A DNA stretch of 64,000 bases, taken from NCBI RefSeq assembly GCF_018350175.1, contig NC_058368.1, positions 168,828,001-168,892,000 on the forward strand, in the 5' to 3' direction. The notes under the pieces were generated by a model. It was not told the origin of the DNA. It did no database searches and was given only the letters and a program-made list of their open reading frames with translations. Numbering within the stretch: position 1 is the first letter of the stretch; each line of letters begins with the position of its first letter. Shown piece by piece: positions 40,160 to 51,720 of the stretch. Position numbers and translations under genes: made by a program. This DNA comes from Felis catus. Its lineage: Eukaryota.

Positions 40160-43100
40160 ATTCTTAACTTTTTAAAACTTAACTTTGTTTTTTCTTTTGA
40201 CTCTGATTTTCTCTCTTGTGTTGTGCTGCCATTCTCTTACTGGTCTTATAAGCTTTCAACAAATAACGATTGTCTCCAAGGATCAACATCCGAATTTGGG
40301 TGTCCCAGAATAAAATAGTATAGAGAACTCATTCTCCATTCCTGACCCCACATCTTGATGACTTTTTCTGATTGCGTTTCTTGAGCCATGACCCTTGGAA
40401 CTAATGTCTACTCAGTTACGCAAATTAGATTTTTGGGGTATCTTCCCTTAGCTCCAATATGACCAGTTGCTTATCTGTACTGACTATAAATCTTAAACTT
40501 CAGCTTGCTCTTCATCTACTCAAGCCTTTATTCCAATTCCTATTATTCTCTTTACTTGACTATAATTTTTACAATGTTTAGAATTTTGAACATAGATTTC
40601 TTGGCACAAATAAAATTTATTTTGAAAAGAAGTATGCATAAGCAAAATGCAAAAATAAATAAATTAATCATTGTCTTCTCTGTTCTTGAAATTTAATTCA
40701 TAATGCTAATGTAACACTTTAGTGTATGTGTTGTGAAGATGCCTGTGATTATGGGCTTCTTGAATGTAGACATCTTACGTTAATGTAGGCTTGCTAAAAA
40801 TGCTTAACAAATTAGATTAGTGAAGATAATAACACCAAAGGTAATGGTCACAGAGATCGATAAAACTCAGCTGGGTTTGTAATTAAATGTAGAGAGAATG
40901 ATTGTGGAGAGAATTGGGGAACTGCATCTTGGCTTTTCATAGCAGGGGTAGCAACATTGCCTTCTGTTGATGGGCAAGTTTGATATGTCGCAATTAATTT
41001 GTTGGGTTTTTTTTTTTTTTTTTTTTTTTTACTTTAAGGCTAAATCTGAAACCCTACTGATTTAGTTCTTTTTAGGAGGTACTTGTAGCACCATCCCCTA
41101 CTTTTTTATTCATTTGTTTCAAAGTAAAAGCTTTTATTTTTAAGACAATAACTGTTCTTTGGGTAATGTGATTTCCAGAAAGTCTTTCCAAAGGTTGCAT
41201 TCTTTGAGACCTGTGTTGTGTTAATGCGGTGGCGCTAAATCAGTAGTATGTGTAGAACTTGATCCTGGAGAGGTTTTTTCAGAGATAGTTTTGTCTTGCT
41301 ATGACATAGAATGGATAGAGGTATGGATGAAAATAAATGCCAACTACAATTTAAGTTATGAACTGTTCCATTTTTTCTTTTTTTAGTTTTTGCCAAAATG
41401 GAAAAAGAAAAAATGCAATAAGGGTAAATGCTGGAAAAATCTATAAGAATATGATGAATAATGAAATAAAGAAAAGTTAACAATTAAACAAGTTTTACTT
41501 GACAGACTTAAAATGACAAGAGCAAGAGATAAGAGAAGTAGATGCTGCATACTTAAGTCACATTGCTCACATTGCTCAGCATAGGAAGTAAAATTATCTA
41601 TAAGAGTAGTGATTTTCTGACTTGAGTATTACCTTTGTTTTTAAAGTAAGTTTTTTAAATAGTGATTTTTAAAAGATCGTTTTGTTTTAAATGTCTCTGT
41701 CGCTGTTGATGGGAAAGGATGGTAATGTCTTAGTCTAGTTAAAGGAAAGAGTTGCTCTTGTGTTTGACAGTTACATGGATCTTGAATCTTGTGTATGTAT
41801 GATTTTATAAGGTCCTTCGAACACAGCAATACAGCATTTTTATCAAAGCAACATCTGCTAGACCCTTTATTTGCAAGCATCACAGTCATATCATCATTTC
41901 CATTTATAAGTTTTGCTGTTCAGGGCTTTTAAAAACTGCTCTATCAGTTTCCCTTGTAGTAAAACTTGAAATATCAGTTCTTGGCACCAAATAAGTTCTT
42001 CTTTTTATTTCAAAATTGACTTTTAAATAAATTTAAAAAGGTTAAGATGGTGATGGAGAGGCAAATTCTTGACTTTAAAAAAAAATGATGGTTGGAAGGA
42101 GCATAGATTAATTCCCTCATTTATGCAGTATTAATTGAATGCCCATTATGGGACAGTTTCTTGACAAACTCTGAAGGAAGGTACAATGATGAAAAAGACC
42201 TAGTCTCTGCCCTCTGAGAACTCCCAGTCTGCCTGACAAGTAAACAGATAATTATGACCCAAGGTACCAGGTGAATAATACAAGCATTTGAACAGAGAAC
42301 TGGGAGAAGCACTTGATATTATTGTAATATGGCAGTTCAAAATGAAATAAGATCATGAGCAAAACTGTATCTGTGAGTGGAAATGTGGTTTTCTTACTGT
42401 AAATTGAACCACCTTTTTGTTGGGTCCTGTTATCTCTGTGATTTACTCCCTGTGTCTCTGGGTGCCCCTGAAGGGAAGGGAGGATTTGCAATTCCTTCAC
42501 TCCTCTTGGAAAACCAGGCCATATTCAGTTGAAGGATCGCTGTAAGTGGACAAATAGTAAAGACACTGTGAGCTGAGACAGCCCTGTTCTAGGCAACCTT
42601 TTCCGTCTATTTGAGGCCTGAACTGTCCACTTTCCAAAGGCCAGAGAATAAAATTACATGTTTCTGTATATCCCTGTCTTTATTTGTTTCATGAGATGGT
42701 TATGCACACCAGAACTGCTTGTATAGGAGAGTGTACAATACACTGTTAATTATGGGCCACTTTATCAATCCATCTCAATTCTATAGATTGATATTAAGCC
42801 GAAGATGACAAGTTCAGGTGACAGCCTGATGGAGGAACGGCTTCTGAGTAGCTAAATACTCTTTGCTAATTAAAAATGGATTGTGTACCAGCTACTCTGT
42901 TTAGACTTGGGCTGAGAATGAATAACCACAAAATGAACCAATGCTAAAAGGCAAGGTGAAGTTGCAAGCAGAGCATATAGAACACTATTTTTACCTTACC
43001 AAGGAAACTTCAATCCATATGCCTGTAAAAGTTTTTGATGTGTCTGATTAAAGGCTTTACTTTTAGGTCGTGTCTTGTGACACAGAAAGCTATCGTTGAG

Positions 43101-43214
43101 AAACAACAAGTGTAAAATGTATATTGGCTTGTGTAGTCATTGTTTAGAACCTAACTATTCCTTATTTGAGAACTGTATATACTTTCCTTAAGATTATCCA
43201 AGATATGCAGCGTG

Positions 43215-43620
43215 TGCTATGGTCTGAAGTGTTCTCCTACCCCGCCCCATTTAATATGCTGAAACCCTAATTCTCAGTGTAACTGCTTTTGGAGGTAGGG
43301 CTTTTAGGAGGTACTGAGAGTTAAATAAGGTCATAAGAGTAGGATGCTAATCCAGTAGGATGATGGTCTTACAAGAGAAAGAAGACAAACAGGGAGAGAC
43401 AGATGAGTCTCCCAAGTGCATACACCTAGAAAAGACTGTGAGGCCACAGGGAGAAGTCTGTCTTCTGCAAGCCAGGAAGAGGGCTCTCACCAGGAACCCA
43501 AATGGCTGGTATCTTGATCTTGGACTTTCCAGCCTCCAGAACTGTGAGGAAACAAATTTTTTGGTTGAGCCATCCAGTCTGTGGCACTTAGTGATGGCAG
43601 TCCCAAGCAGACTAATAAAG
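43215..43620 (+). mobile_element. MaLR solo LTR (MLT1A/B-like)
   Basis: tgctatggtctgaa...gaaaccctaa...gcaagccaggaagagggctctcaccagga...ggactttccagcctccagaactgtgag...gcagactaata. Confidence 0.85.
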
Positions 43621-44433
43621 ATTGTGATAAACATGCTATTTTCCCCTATATTTCTAAATTCTCTTGCATAGTTATTTCAGGATTTTTTGCATTACATGTG
43701 TTTTAGTGAAATGAGACTGTTACTTTATGATACCTGTAAGTTTATGAGCTTGAGAAGATAGCAGGGCCCACAGAGGGCGTATAAAGAAAACTTTTCTGTA
43801 TTTGTGAATTTTCTGGAGTAAACCATCAAATTTGTCCAAAAGACATTATAGGTTTTGCAAATCAAAAATTGTTAGAGAGGACAATATAGTCATTATAGAT
43901 CAAGGTATCTTACTACTTTCATGGAATTCTTTATGCAAACCATATTGAACTAAGAATTGGTTTGGATTGTTTTGAAGCAAAATGTTGAATATGTTCTATG
44001 TGATGACTGAGATAATACACATGGGGCATAATACGATTTTCATGTTTCATAACTAAATATTGTACATTCACATATATTCTGTTATTCATTTTTTGACTCT
44101 TTGAAATGTAATTCACAAGAAAAGATAAAACTTTTTGCATATGATATATGGATGAAATTTTTTATTAAAGTATAATAGGCATATAACATGGTATAAGTTT
44201 AAGGTATACAATGCATTGATTGGATATATTTATACATATCAATATAGTTACCACTTCAGTGTTAGTTAACTGTTGTGAAATGATAACTCATTGTAGTTTT
44301 GATTTATTTTCCCTGATGATTGGGGATGCTGAGCACCATTTCATGTACTTGTTGGCCATATGGATGTCTTTTCAAAAAAATATCTATTTCATTCCAATGC
44401 CCATTTTAAAAAATTGGATTATTTGGCCTTTTT

Positions 44434-44645
44434 TTTTTTTTTCAACATTTATTTATTTTTGGGACAGAGAGAGACAGAGCATGAACGGGGGAGGGGCAGA
44501 GAGAGAGGGAGACACAGAATCGGAAACAGGCTCCAGGCTCTGAGCCATCAGCCCAGAGCCTGACGCGGGGCTCGAACTCCCGGACCGCGAGATCGTGACC
44601 TGGCTGAAGTCGGACGCTTAACCGACTGCGCCACCCAGGCGCCCC
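44434..44645 (-). mobile_element. Young Can-SINE
   Basis: Near-consensus, CpG-rich; TSD ggccttttt at 44425-44433 and 44647-44655. Confidence 0.95.
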
Positions 44646-44769
44646 AGGCCTTTTTGTTTTTGTTTTTGTTACTGAGCTGTATGAACTCTTCATACATTTG
44701 GATATTAACCCCTCATCTGTTACATGGTTGGCAAATATTTTCTCCAATCTCATAGGTTGCTTTCTCATT

Positions 44770-44989
44770 TTAAAAAAATTATTTTTTAAGATTTTTTTTA
44801 ACATTTATTCATTTTTTGATAGAGACAGAGCGTGAGTGGGGGAGGGGCAGAGAGAGAGAGGGAGACAGAGAATCCAAAGCAGGTTCCAGGCTCTGAACTG
44901 ACAGCACAGAGCCTGACACGGGGCTCGAGCTCACGGAGTGTGAGATCATGACCTGAGCTGAAGTCGGACGCCCAACCGACTGAGCCACG
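44770..44989 (-). mobile_element. Can-SINE (head end slightly truncated)
   Basis: T-rich tail, GA tract, ...ccgactgagccac. Confidence 0.9.
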
Positions 44990-45258
44990 ATGTCTTAGTT
45001 TGGTGTAGTCCCACTTGGTGATTTTGCTTTTGTTGCTTGTGCTTTGGATGTCCTATCTAAAAATCAGATTATTCATAGGAATTACTTACAAAGACTGGAA
45101 AGTCATTAAAGTTACTAGTTTTGCTTTATCTTTGTTTTCATATTGATGATATAAAGATTTGGGGCTGACAATCAATTTAATATGACTTTAATGGAGAGTT
45201 AAAATACTACTTTATCATTGGGGTTACACATGTAGAGAACTTTAGATAACCAAGACTT

Positions 45259-45473
45259 GGGGCGCCTGGGTGGCGCAGTCGGTTAAGCGTCCGACTTCAG
45301 CCAGGTCACGATCTCGCTGTCCCTGAGTTCGAGCCCCGCGTCGGGCTCTGGGCTGATGGCTCAGAGCCTGGAGCCTGTTTCCGATTCTGTGTCTCCCTCT
45401 CTCTCTGCCCCTCCCCCGTTCATGCTCTGTCTCTCTCTGTCCCAAAAATAAATAAACGTTGAAAAAAAAAAAA
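45259..45473 (+). mobile_element. Young Can-SINE
   Basis: Near-consensus; TSD tagataaccaagactt at 45243-45258 and 45483-45498. Confidence 0.96.
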
Positions 45474-46488
45474 GAATTGATATAGATAACCAAGACTTTT
45501 ATACCCGCTTTTTAATTTTCATTTGCCTTTTCACAATTTTCAATACAGTTTGGTAGGGAAGAACACTTGATCTCCTATGGTAAGATGTATAGAATGGGTA
45601 TTTTATTAATTACTTTTTCAGTTTAAACTTCAGTTTTTTAATCTATAAGTTGGAATTAAAATTGTGTAGTAGGTTTCTATAGATTAAAATGGAATTCTAC
45701 GTAAGTAAAATCATACGAATCATAGACATGGAAGCATTACAGTGTCTGGTATAGTGTAATCTTTTAAAATGTCAGAGCTATAATAATTTCCTACAGCATT
45801 TTTAAGGATTCACTATGTTCTCCAAAGAAAATAGGTACTTCTTGAAAGGACTCAAGTTGTAGAGTTAGATTTTCCCCATGGTGTTCTCTAAGTATTTTTT
45901 CCTAGCCTTTGATTGGACAAATAATTGGCAAAAATGCAAAACCAGACTAGGAAAGCTTGATTCTAGTTTGAGTCATACACTTGAGTGTATTCTAGTTTGA
46001 GTAATAAACCATGTGACTTTGACAAGCTACTTGTCTTAACCCTTAACCCAAAAGATGAATTGTCAAAGTTGATTCATGCAAATCATTGCTATTATACAAT
46101 ACCCAAGTATTAAAATAATTGAAAAGATAAAACCAGAAAACAGTTACAAATTAGTATTTCTTTATTATGAGTGTTGAATCTATCCTATACAGCTTTAAAA
46201 AGTGTCCCTTTCTTAACATTTGGATAGGTTTTGGTTTGGGATTAACAGACAAGCTAAAGACAGTGTATGCCCTTTGGTTTTGGGATTCTTCGTTTTATGG
46301 TTCATTAATATCATAGAAAAACTCTTTTATGTAACTACTCTTCTCCAACTAGCCATGCCCTCATAAATCCTCAAATTACAAATGTATTTTTAATAAGCAA
46401 GCTGGAAGACCGGGGATAGCCTGCTAAAACACTACAAATAGGAGAAAGTTACCAGGTAGGACCTAAGTAAAGACCAAAGTATTATTAG

Positions 46489-46670
46489 TAGTATTGTCAA
46501 AATGTGATTGTAGATTGGCAGCATCAACATCACCGGAAACTTATTAGAAATGCAAATTCTTGAGCCCTATGCCAGACCTACTAAATCAGAGATGGTGGGA
46601 GCCATCAGTCTTGTTTCGCAAAGTTCTCCACATGATTCTGATGATACAGGCTAACTTTTGAAAGACACTC
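46489..46670. mobile_element. MER5A relic
   Basis: cagcatcaacatcacc...ttagaaatgcaaattcttgagcc...ccagacctactaaatcaga...tgattctgatg. Confidence 0.8.
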
Positions 46671-46828
46671 TATAATTTTAGAAGGATCTCTGATGGATGT
46701 CATTCATTGCTTCTGGCATTCTTTCCTTCGCTCCCAGGGAAGTCATAAGCCTACTTTTATAGAGTATTAAGGCCAATCTGAATACTGATAATAATGATTC
46801 AAGCCTATTATCATGATCATCTTGGAGG

Positions 46829-46894
46829 TATGTTGCACACCCAAAACTAATGTAACATGTGTGTCAACTATACTTCAATTAATTAAAAAAAAAA
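46829..46894 (+). mobile_element. Extremely 5'-truncated L1 (~66 bp)
   Basis: tatgttgcacacccaaaactaatgtaacatgtgtgtcaactatacttcaat plus A tail; TSD atcat(c)ttggagg at 46816-46828 and 46895-46906. Confidence 0.8.
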
Positions 46895-48939
46895 ATCATT
46901 TGGAGGGAAAAAAATGTAACAATGCCTCATTTTCCTAGAAATTCAAAATTTATTTCTTTTGGAATTGGCTTCAGGATAACTTTTCAACCAACATAAAATG
47001 GGCCATATTATTTTGCAGTCCAGTTGTTTTTTTCCAGGTTTCATCATCTACCACTTCCACTAGATTTGACTATTAATGCTTGAACTAATGTAAATTGAAT
47101 GTATTTGCGCAGGTTGATAATCTGATATTAGAAATGTTCTTAATTTCTGAAGGCAGTTTTTAAAGTGGATTTACAAAGTTGTTTTGGGTAAGATCAGTAT
47201 TAGTGGAATAAGTTTACTTTGAGACTATGCTTTAAACAATAAGTAGTACTCCTTAAAAGTTGTATATAATAGTGCGTAAGTTTGGTAGTGTCTGTGGTAT
47301 CAATTGTAGAAATAAGTTCAAAATCCCTGTATATAAATCTTCCAAAGACCAGTTTAAAAGAAAAAAGAGCAAGAATTCTTTCAGTCTTTGTTATGTCATA
47401 GAGAAATATCCCATCAAATTATTAACTTGGGGAATAAGGGAAGAAAAAAATCAGTTTTATAAATACATTTAGAAATACTTTTTTTCTTTAGAACTTGCAG
47501 GAACTTTTGGGCTACTAAAGTTGGCTTGTTAGAAATGTTTCCTGGAGAGAGAACTTGATCTATGATAAAGATTAATTGTCTTATCCAGCTATACCCTTGT
47601 GGATTTTTGACTCAGAATTTGTTTTCTTGCTCTGCTTTATGACTTTATGTTTGTGCAGCCAGAAGTTTAAAAGTAGAAATTGGATTCTGCCTTTCCTAAA
47701 GAATATAAAGACCGCTGAAAGTTGATTTTCAACAATTTTGCCAGACAAAAAGCCTTTTTACTTGAACTAAGTTCTTTTATCTTACTAGTTGAATAATTGT
47801 TTATCTTACTACTATAATTAGCTCAAGAGTTTTGGTATTTTCTTCCTTTCTTAAGAACCCATGGTTTGGTTCCAGAATATGTTAAAATGATCCTCTCTGA
47901 TTTGATACTGCTCTTAATGAAATGAAGGTTTTGTTACCTTCAAAGCATAAAGACCAGCATGTTATTGGGATAAAATGTTATTGGGATGTAACTGGGAGAT
48001 ATGGAACTCTTTTACCTTTATTCTTCTTTAAATGAAAGTTATTTTAAGTGTTTTGCTTTACATACTAAAAAGAGTAATTTCAATGGGGCTACCTTACACA
48101 TCTGTCATTACACATGCCAAAACATTTTACTTCATCAGATTCAAAGAGACCAATGATTTGGATTTTTAGCAGATAAACAGGAGCATTGTCAAATTTAAAT
48201 TTTGACTATATATCCCTTTTAAGTTTTCTTTTACCTGATTAAAAGTGATATCAGGGGCTGTAATATTGGACTCACTATGTAGAATCTTCCTGGATCTTTC
48301 TTTTAAGCTTGAAATCAAAGAATTTACACTCAGATAAAGTTTCTCTAAGGAGATACAATTTGATACAAAATATACAATATAGTAGTATATATACATAATT
48401 ATCAAGTAACTTAATAAAATTTTAACTCACAAATGGAATTACCTTTCATTTTTAGTATTCTAGCATTTGCTAAGTTCTTATTTGCCAGAGGCATATTTTC
48501 AGTATGCTGAAGCAAAATATATTAAAATGCTTTCTCCTAAAAGTAAGCTTTTGTATTGGAGAATTCTTACCTACTAGCCTATAGTTCAAATTAAAAGATT
48601 CTCAGTATTTATCTTAATATTTCATAAAATTATTAAGGTTTTTAGCAACATATACCCCATGTTATAGAGTGGTGGTTGTATCTTCATGTTATATCACTGT
48701 AACAAGTATAACCTATACTTATTAAAAACATATTTATTAAAAGATATTTATTAAAAACATATTTATTGAAAACCTACCATGCATGTATCAGACATTCCAG
48801 GACAAAGCCTCTATAAGTCTGCTGCTTACCTTTTAGAGGGAGGACCTACAAAAAAAAAAAAAGTAAAAGAAAAGATAATTAAAAGATAATTACAGGGTGC
48901 TGTTGCTGAAGAGAAAGCAAGCCAAGTGATGATGTTTTA

Positions 48940-49515
48940 GACCCAAAGGAGTGTGCACAGTTCCCACTGTGACTGGCACTCCACCAGTTGCACTTTGCCT
49001 ATGGTTGATGAGTTTGTGGCCCCTGGCATATGTGCCCATGTGTAGTTTGTGCATTCCACTTCACGGTCTCCGGGACTTCAGCTTCCTTGTCCCAGAAACC
49101 CTCAGCCCACTTCCATGGTCTGCTCAGACCTCTGACTGAGGTCCATTTTCTCGGGGTAGACTATCTGAACGCTGTCCAGCAAGGCCATAGAGATATCATG
49201 GGACATACAGATGCAGCTTAGATGCACAGGATGCGGTGTGTATAGGCATACCATGTGCTGGGCTCCTTGAGTATGATGGGATCATTAGTGGGCAGAGAAA
49301 AGGGCAGGCTTTGAGTGTGAGGCCTGGAACGGACTTGTACCGTGCTGCCATGTTGTAGTGCAGAACTCCGCAGAAGTGAATATTTGACCTTCCAGGTTGT
49401 TAGGGAGGTATATTTGTCAAAGTACAAATATAACTTGATTTAACAGTTTAACTTGATAAATAGTGTTACATATTTAGACATGTGATACTAGGCCCCACAG
49501 ATGTTAAGGACGTAA
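48940..49515. mobile_element. MER45-family (hAT-Tip100) relic within L2
   Basis: ccttccaggttgttagggaggtatatttgtcaa...atatttagacatg...ggccccacagatgttaagg resembles the recalled MER45B/C end. Confidence 0.6.
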
Positions 49516-49539
49516 TATATAAATAAAGTACTACCTTTT

Positions 49540-50310
49540 GAAGTCCATTTTAGATAGGATGGTCAGATAAAATTTCTCTGAGGAGTTACAATTTGAGTCA
49601 AAGACCTGGAGCACAGAAATGGGTCATCTATGATAGAAGTTACAGAAATAAATTCCAGGTGGAGTGACTTTGTAGTACAAATGTACAGAGGTTCAAAATA
49701 AACCATAACCAAAGGCTTACTCTCTATAAAGAATGAAAAGAGACCCTCGAAGTAGAGAGTAGAGTAAGAATAGAGATCTGTAGAAACCAGATCATGCCCT
49801 AGTATGCTGTTGAAAAGAGCTTTCATTTTATTCCAAGACCAATGGGACACTACTGGAGGGTTTTAATAAGGGGAATGACAGGCTGTTAATTACATTAAAA
49901 ATCACTTACAGCTCTCCTCATGCATTTGGAATATATGTGAGGGGCAGTTAGGAAAAAGAAATCAAGTGGTCTAGAGGAGAAATAATGTTTGCTTGGCCTT
50001 GAGTGGTGGCAGTAGAGATGGACAGAAAGTAGATGTGTTAGTTATCTGTTAGAAGTAAATCCAACATGTCCTGATGGATGGTATTTGAAGAATGAAGCAG
50101 AGAAAAGACTTAAAAAGTACTCTTACAATTTTTGATTTGAGAAACTGGATGGATAATAGTTACTGAAATGGAGAACACTGTGAGAGGAGCACATTTTTGG
50201 GAGGAGATAAGAATAGAGCATTCTATTATGGACATGATTACTGTTTGATATTTAAATGGAGACCTCAAGTAGGTAATCATATAGCCAAGTCTGGGACTCA
50301 AGGAGTCACT
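49540..50310 (-). mobile_element. L2 relic
   Basis: ggatggtcaga...tctgaggagttacaatttgag...aatgggacactactggagggttttaa...agaaactggatggata...tactgaaatggagaacactg. Confidence 0.6.
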
Positions 50311-50769
50311 ATGGACTCTGTCTTGAACATACCATCCTTTTCCCATGTCTTAGAGCTTTGTTTCAGCTCTGATACCTGTCTGGAATACTTTTTCCTGTGT
50401 CTTCGTCTGGTTTCAGTCTCTGCTTAAATGCCAGTCTATCTAAATGGTTACTTCCACTTTTATTTTTGTCTCAGTATTTGTGTTTTTTGTCTTTTTTTTT
50501 TTATCATTTGCAAACTTGTTTTCACTTTTTTCTTGTCCTCAAGAAGAGGGGCTTTTCTTCTTTTACCTTCTTCAGCCAATGACTAGGACAATGTCTGTTA
50601 CTAAATGTTCAATAGATACAGGTTCAGAGAAGGAAGGGAGGAAAGAATATTTGAGCAGGATCATGGTTGCCTTAAAAGGAAAAACAAGGTGCTTGAGGGT
50701 AGATGGGTGTGAGAGATGATAGACTCTTCTCCTGCCAAAGGTTTGAGGATTCATGGGTAAAAAGGATGC

Positions 50770-50990
50770 TTAATGTTCACTAAGCACTTACTGTGTGTTA
50801 GGTACTTTCCTGAGCACTTTATAAAAATTCATTTAATAATTAAAACCACCATATACGACAGCAACTATTTTTATTTTCATTTTGCAGATAAGGAAACTGA
50901 GGCTCAAAGAGGCAAAGTTGATGAAACTTGTATAGCTGTATTTAAAGCCCATGCAGTGTGAGTCCACAGCCTCCTGCCTGAACCATTACA
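50770..50990 (-). mobile_element. MIR
   Basis: agcacttactgtgtgttagg...cattttgcagataaggaaactgaggctca core. Confidence 0.75.
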
Positions 50991-51344
50991 TAGCACAGAA
51001 GGCTCGTGCTGCATTGCCACAGCTCTTTTTGTTTCCTTAACCATCAGAGATACTGAAGCAAGTTCTGATAAATCCCATGGAATTGTCCTCAGTGCCACTC
51101 AGCATCTTTTTGCCAGTGTCAGGTTCCAGACATAAATCCACTGGCCCTACAAAAGGACCACACAATGTGTGCCTTGAGGAAAAACAAGTGCCACTTCTTG
51201 CATACGTCTTTGTTACGAGGTTGCTACTGTACATACAGAGTGGAGGGAGGTCCCTACGAGCACGGCCCTGACCCACTTCAACTCAAAGACCTGTGTCCTT
51301 TGCAGTTAGCCACTGGGGAGAAAGCCAGACCCACCTGATCGAGA

Positions 51345-51720
51345 CTTCATTTTCTTGTAGAATGAATTTGGAAATTTTCAGGGTTTTTTTTTTTCCTATT
51401 TTTTGGAATAGTCTGAGAAGAATCAGTATTAACTCATTTTTTTAATGCTTGGTGGAATTTATCTGTGATGCCATGCAGTCTTAGACCTTTATTTGTTAGA
51501 AGTTTTTTTTATTATCAATTTAATATCAATACTGGTAACAGGTTTATTCAAATTTTCTGTTTCTTCCTGATACGGTTTTAGCAGATTGTATGTTTCTAGG
51601 AGTTGATCCACTTCTAGGTTACTGGTTTATGATTGTTTATAACCTCTTATAATTCTTTATATTTATGTGATGTTGCTTGTTATTTGTCCTCCATTTTTAT
51701 TTACTTGAATCCCCTTTCTT
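51345..51720 (-). mobile_element. L1 ORF2 internal fragment
   Basis: tttttggaatagtctgagaagaat...tggtggaatttatctgtgatgcc...tttcttcctgat...ttgtatgtttctagga. Confidence 0.7.

Larger units (their letters stand above)
44158..45066 (-). mobile_element. L1 3' fragment (internally deleted) carrying two SINE insertions
   Basis: tttattaaagtataata...ctcattgtagttttgattt...gagcaccatttcatgtacttgttggccat...gcaaatattttctcc...tagtcccacttg. Confidence 0.7.

Noticed and set aside
48718..48772. Short tandem repeat ttattaaaaacatat x3-4 (CRISPR-like or regulatory array?)
   Set aside because: No spacers, eukaryotic context; local slippage at an L2 end.
48940..49430. GC-richer island with several short ORFs, possible exon or pseudogene
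   Set aside because: Right end resembles a MER45 hAT element; no coherent ORF or splice structure.
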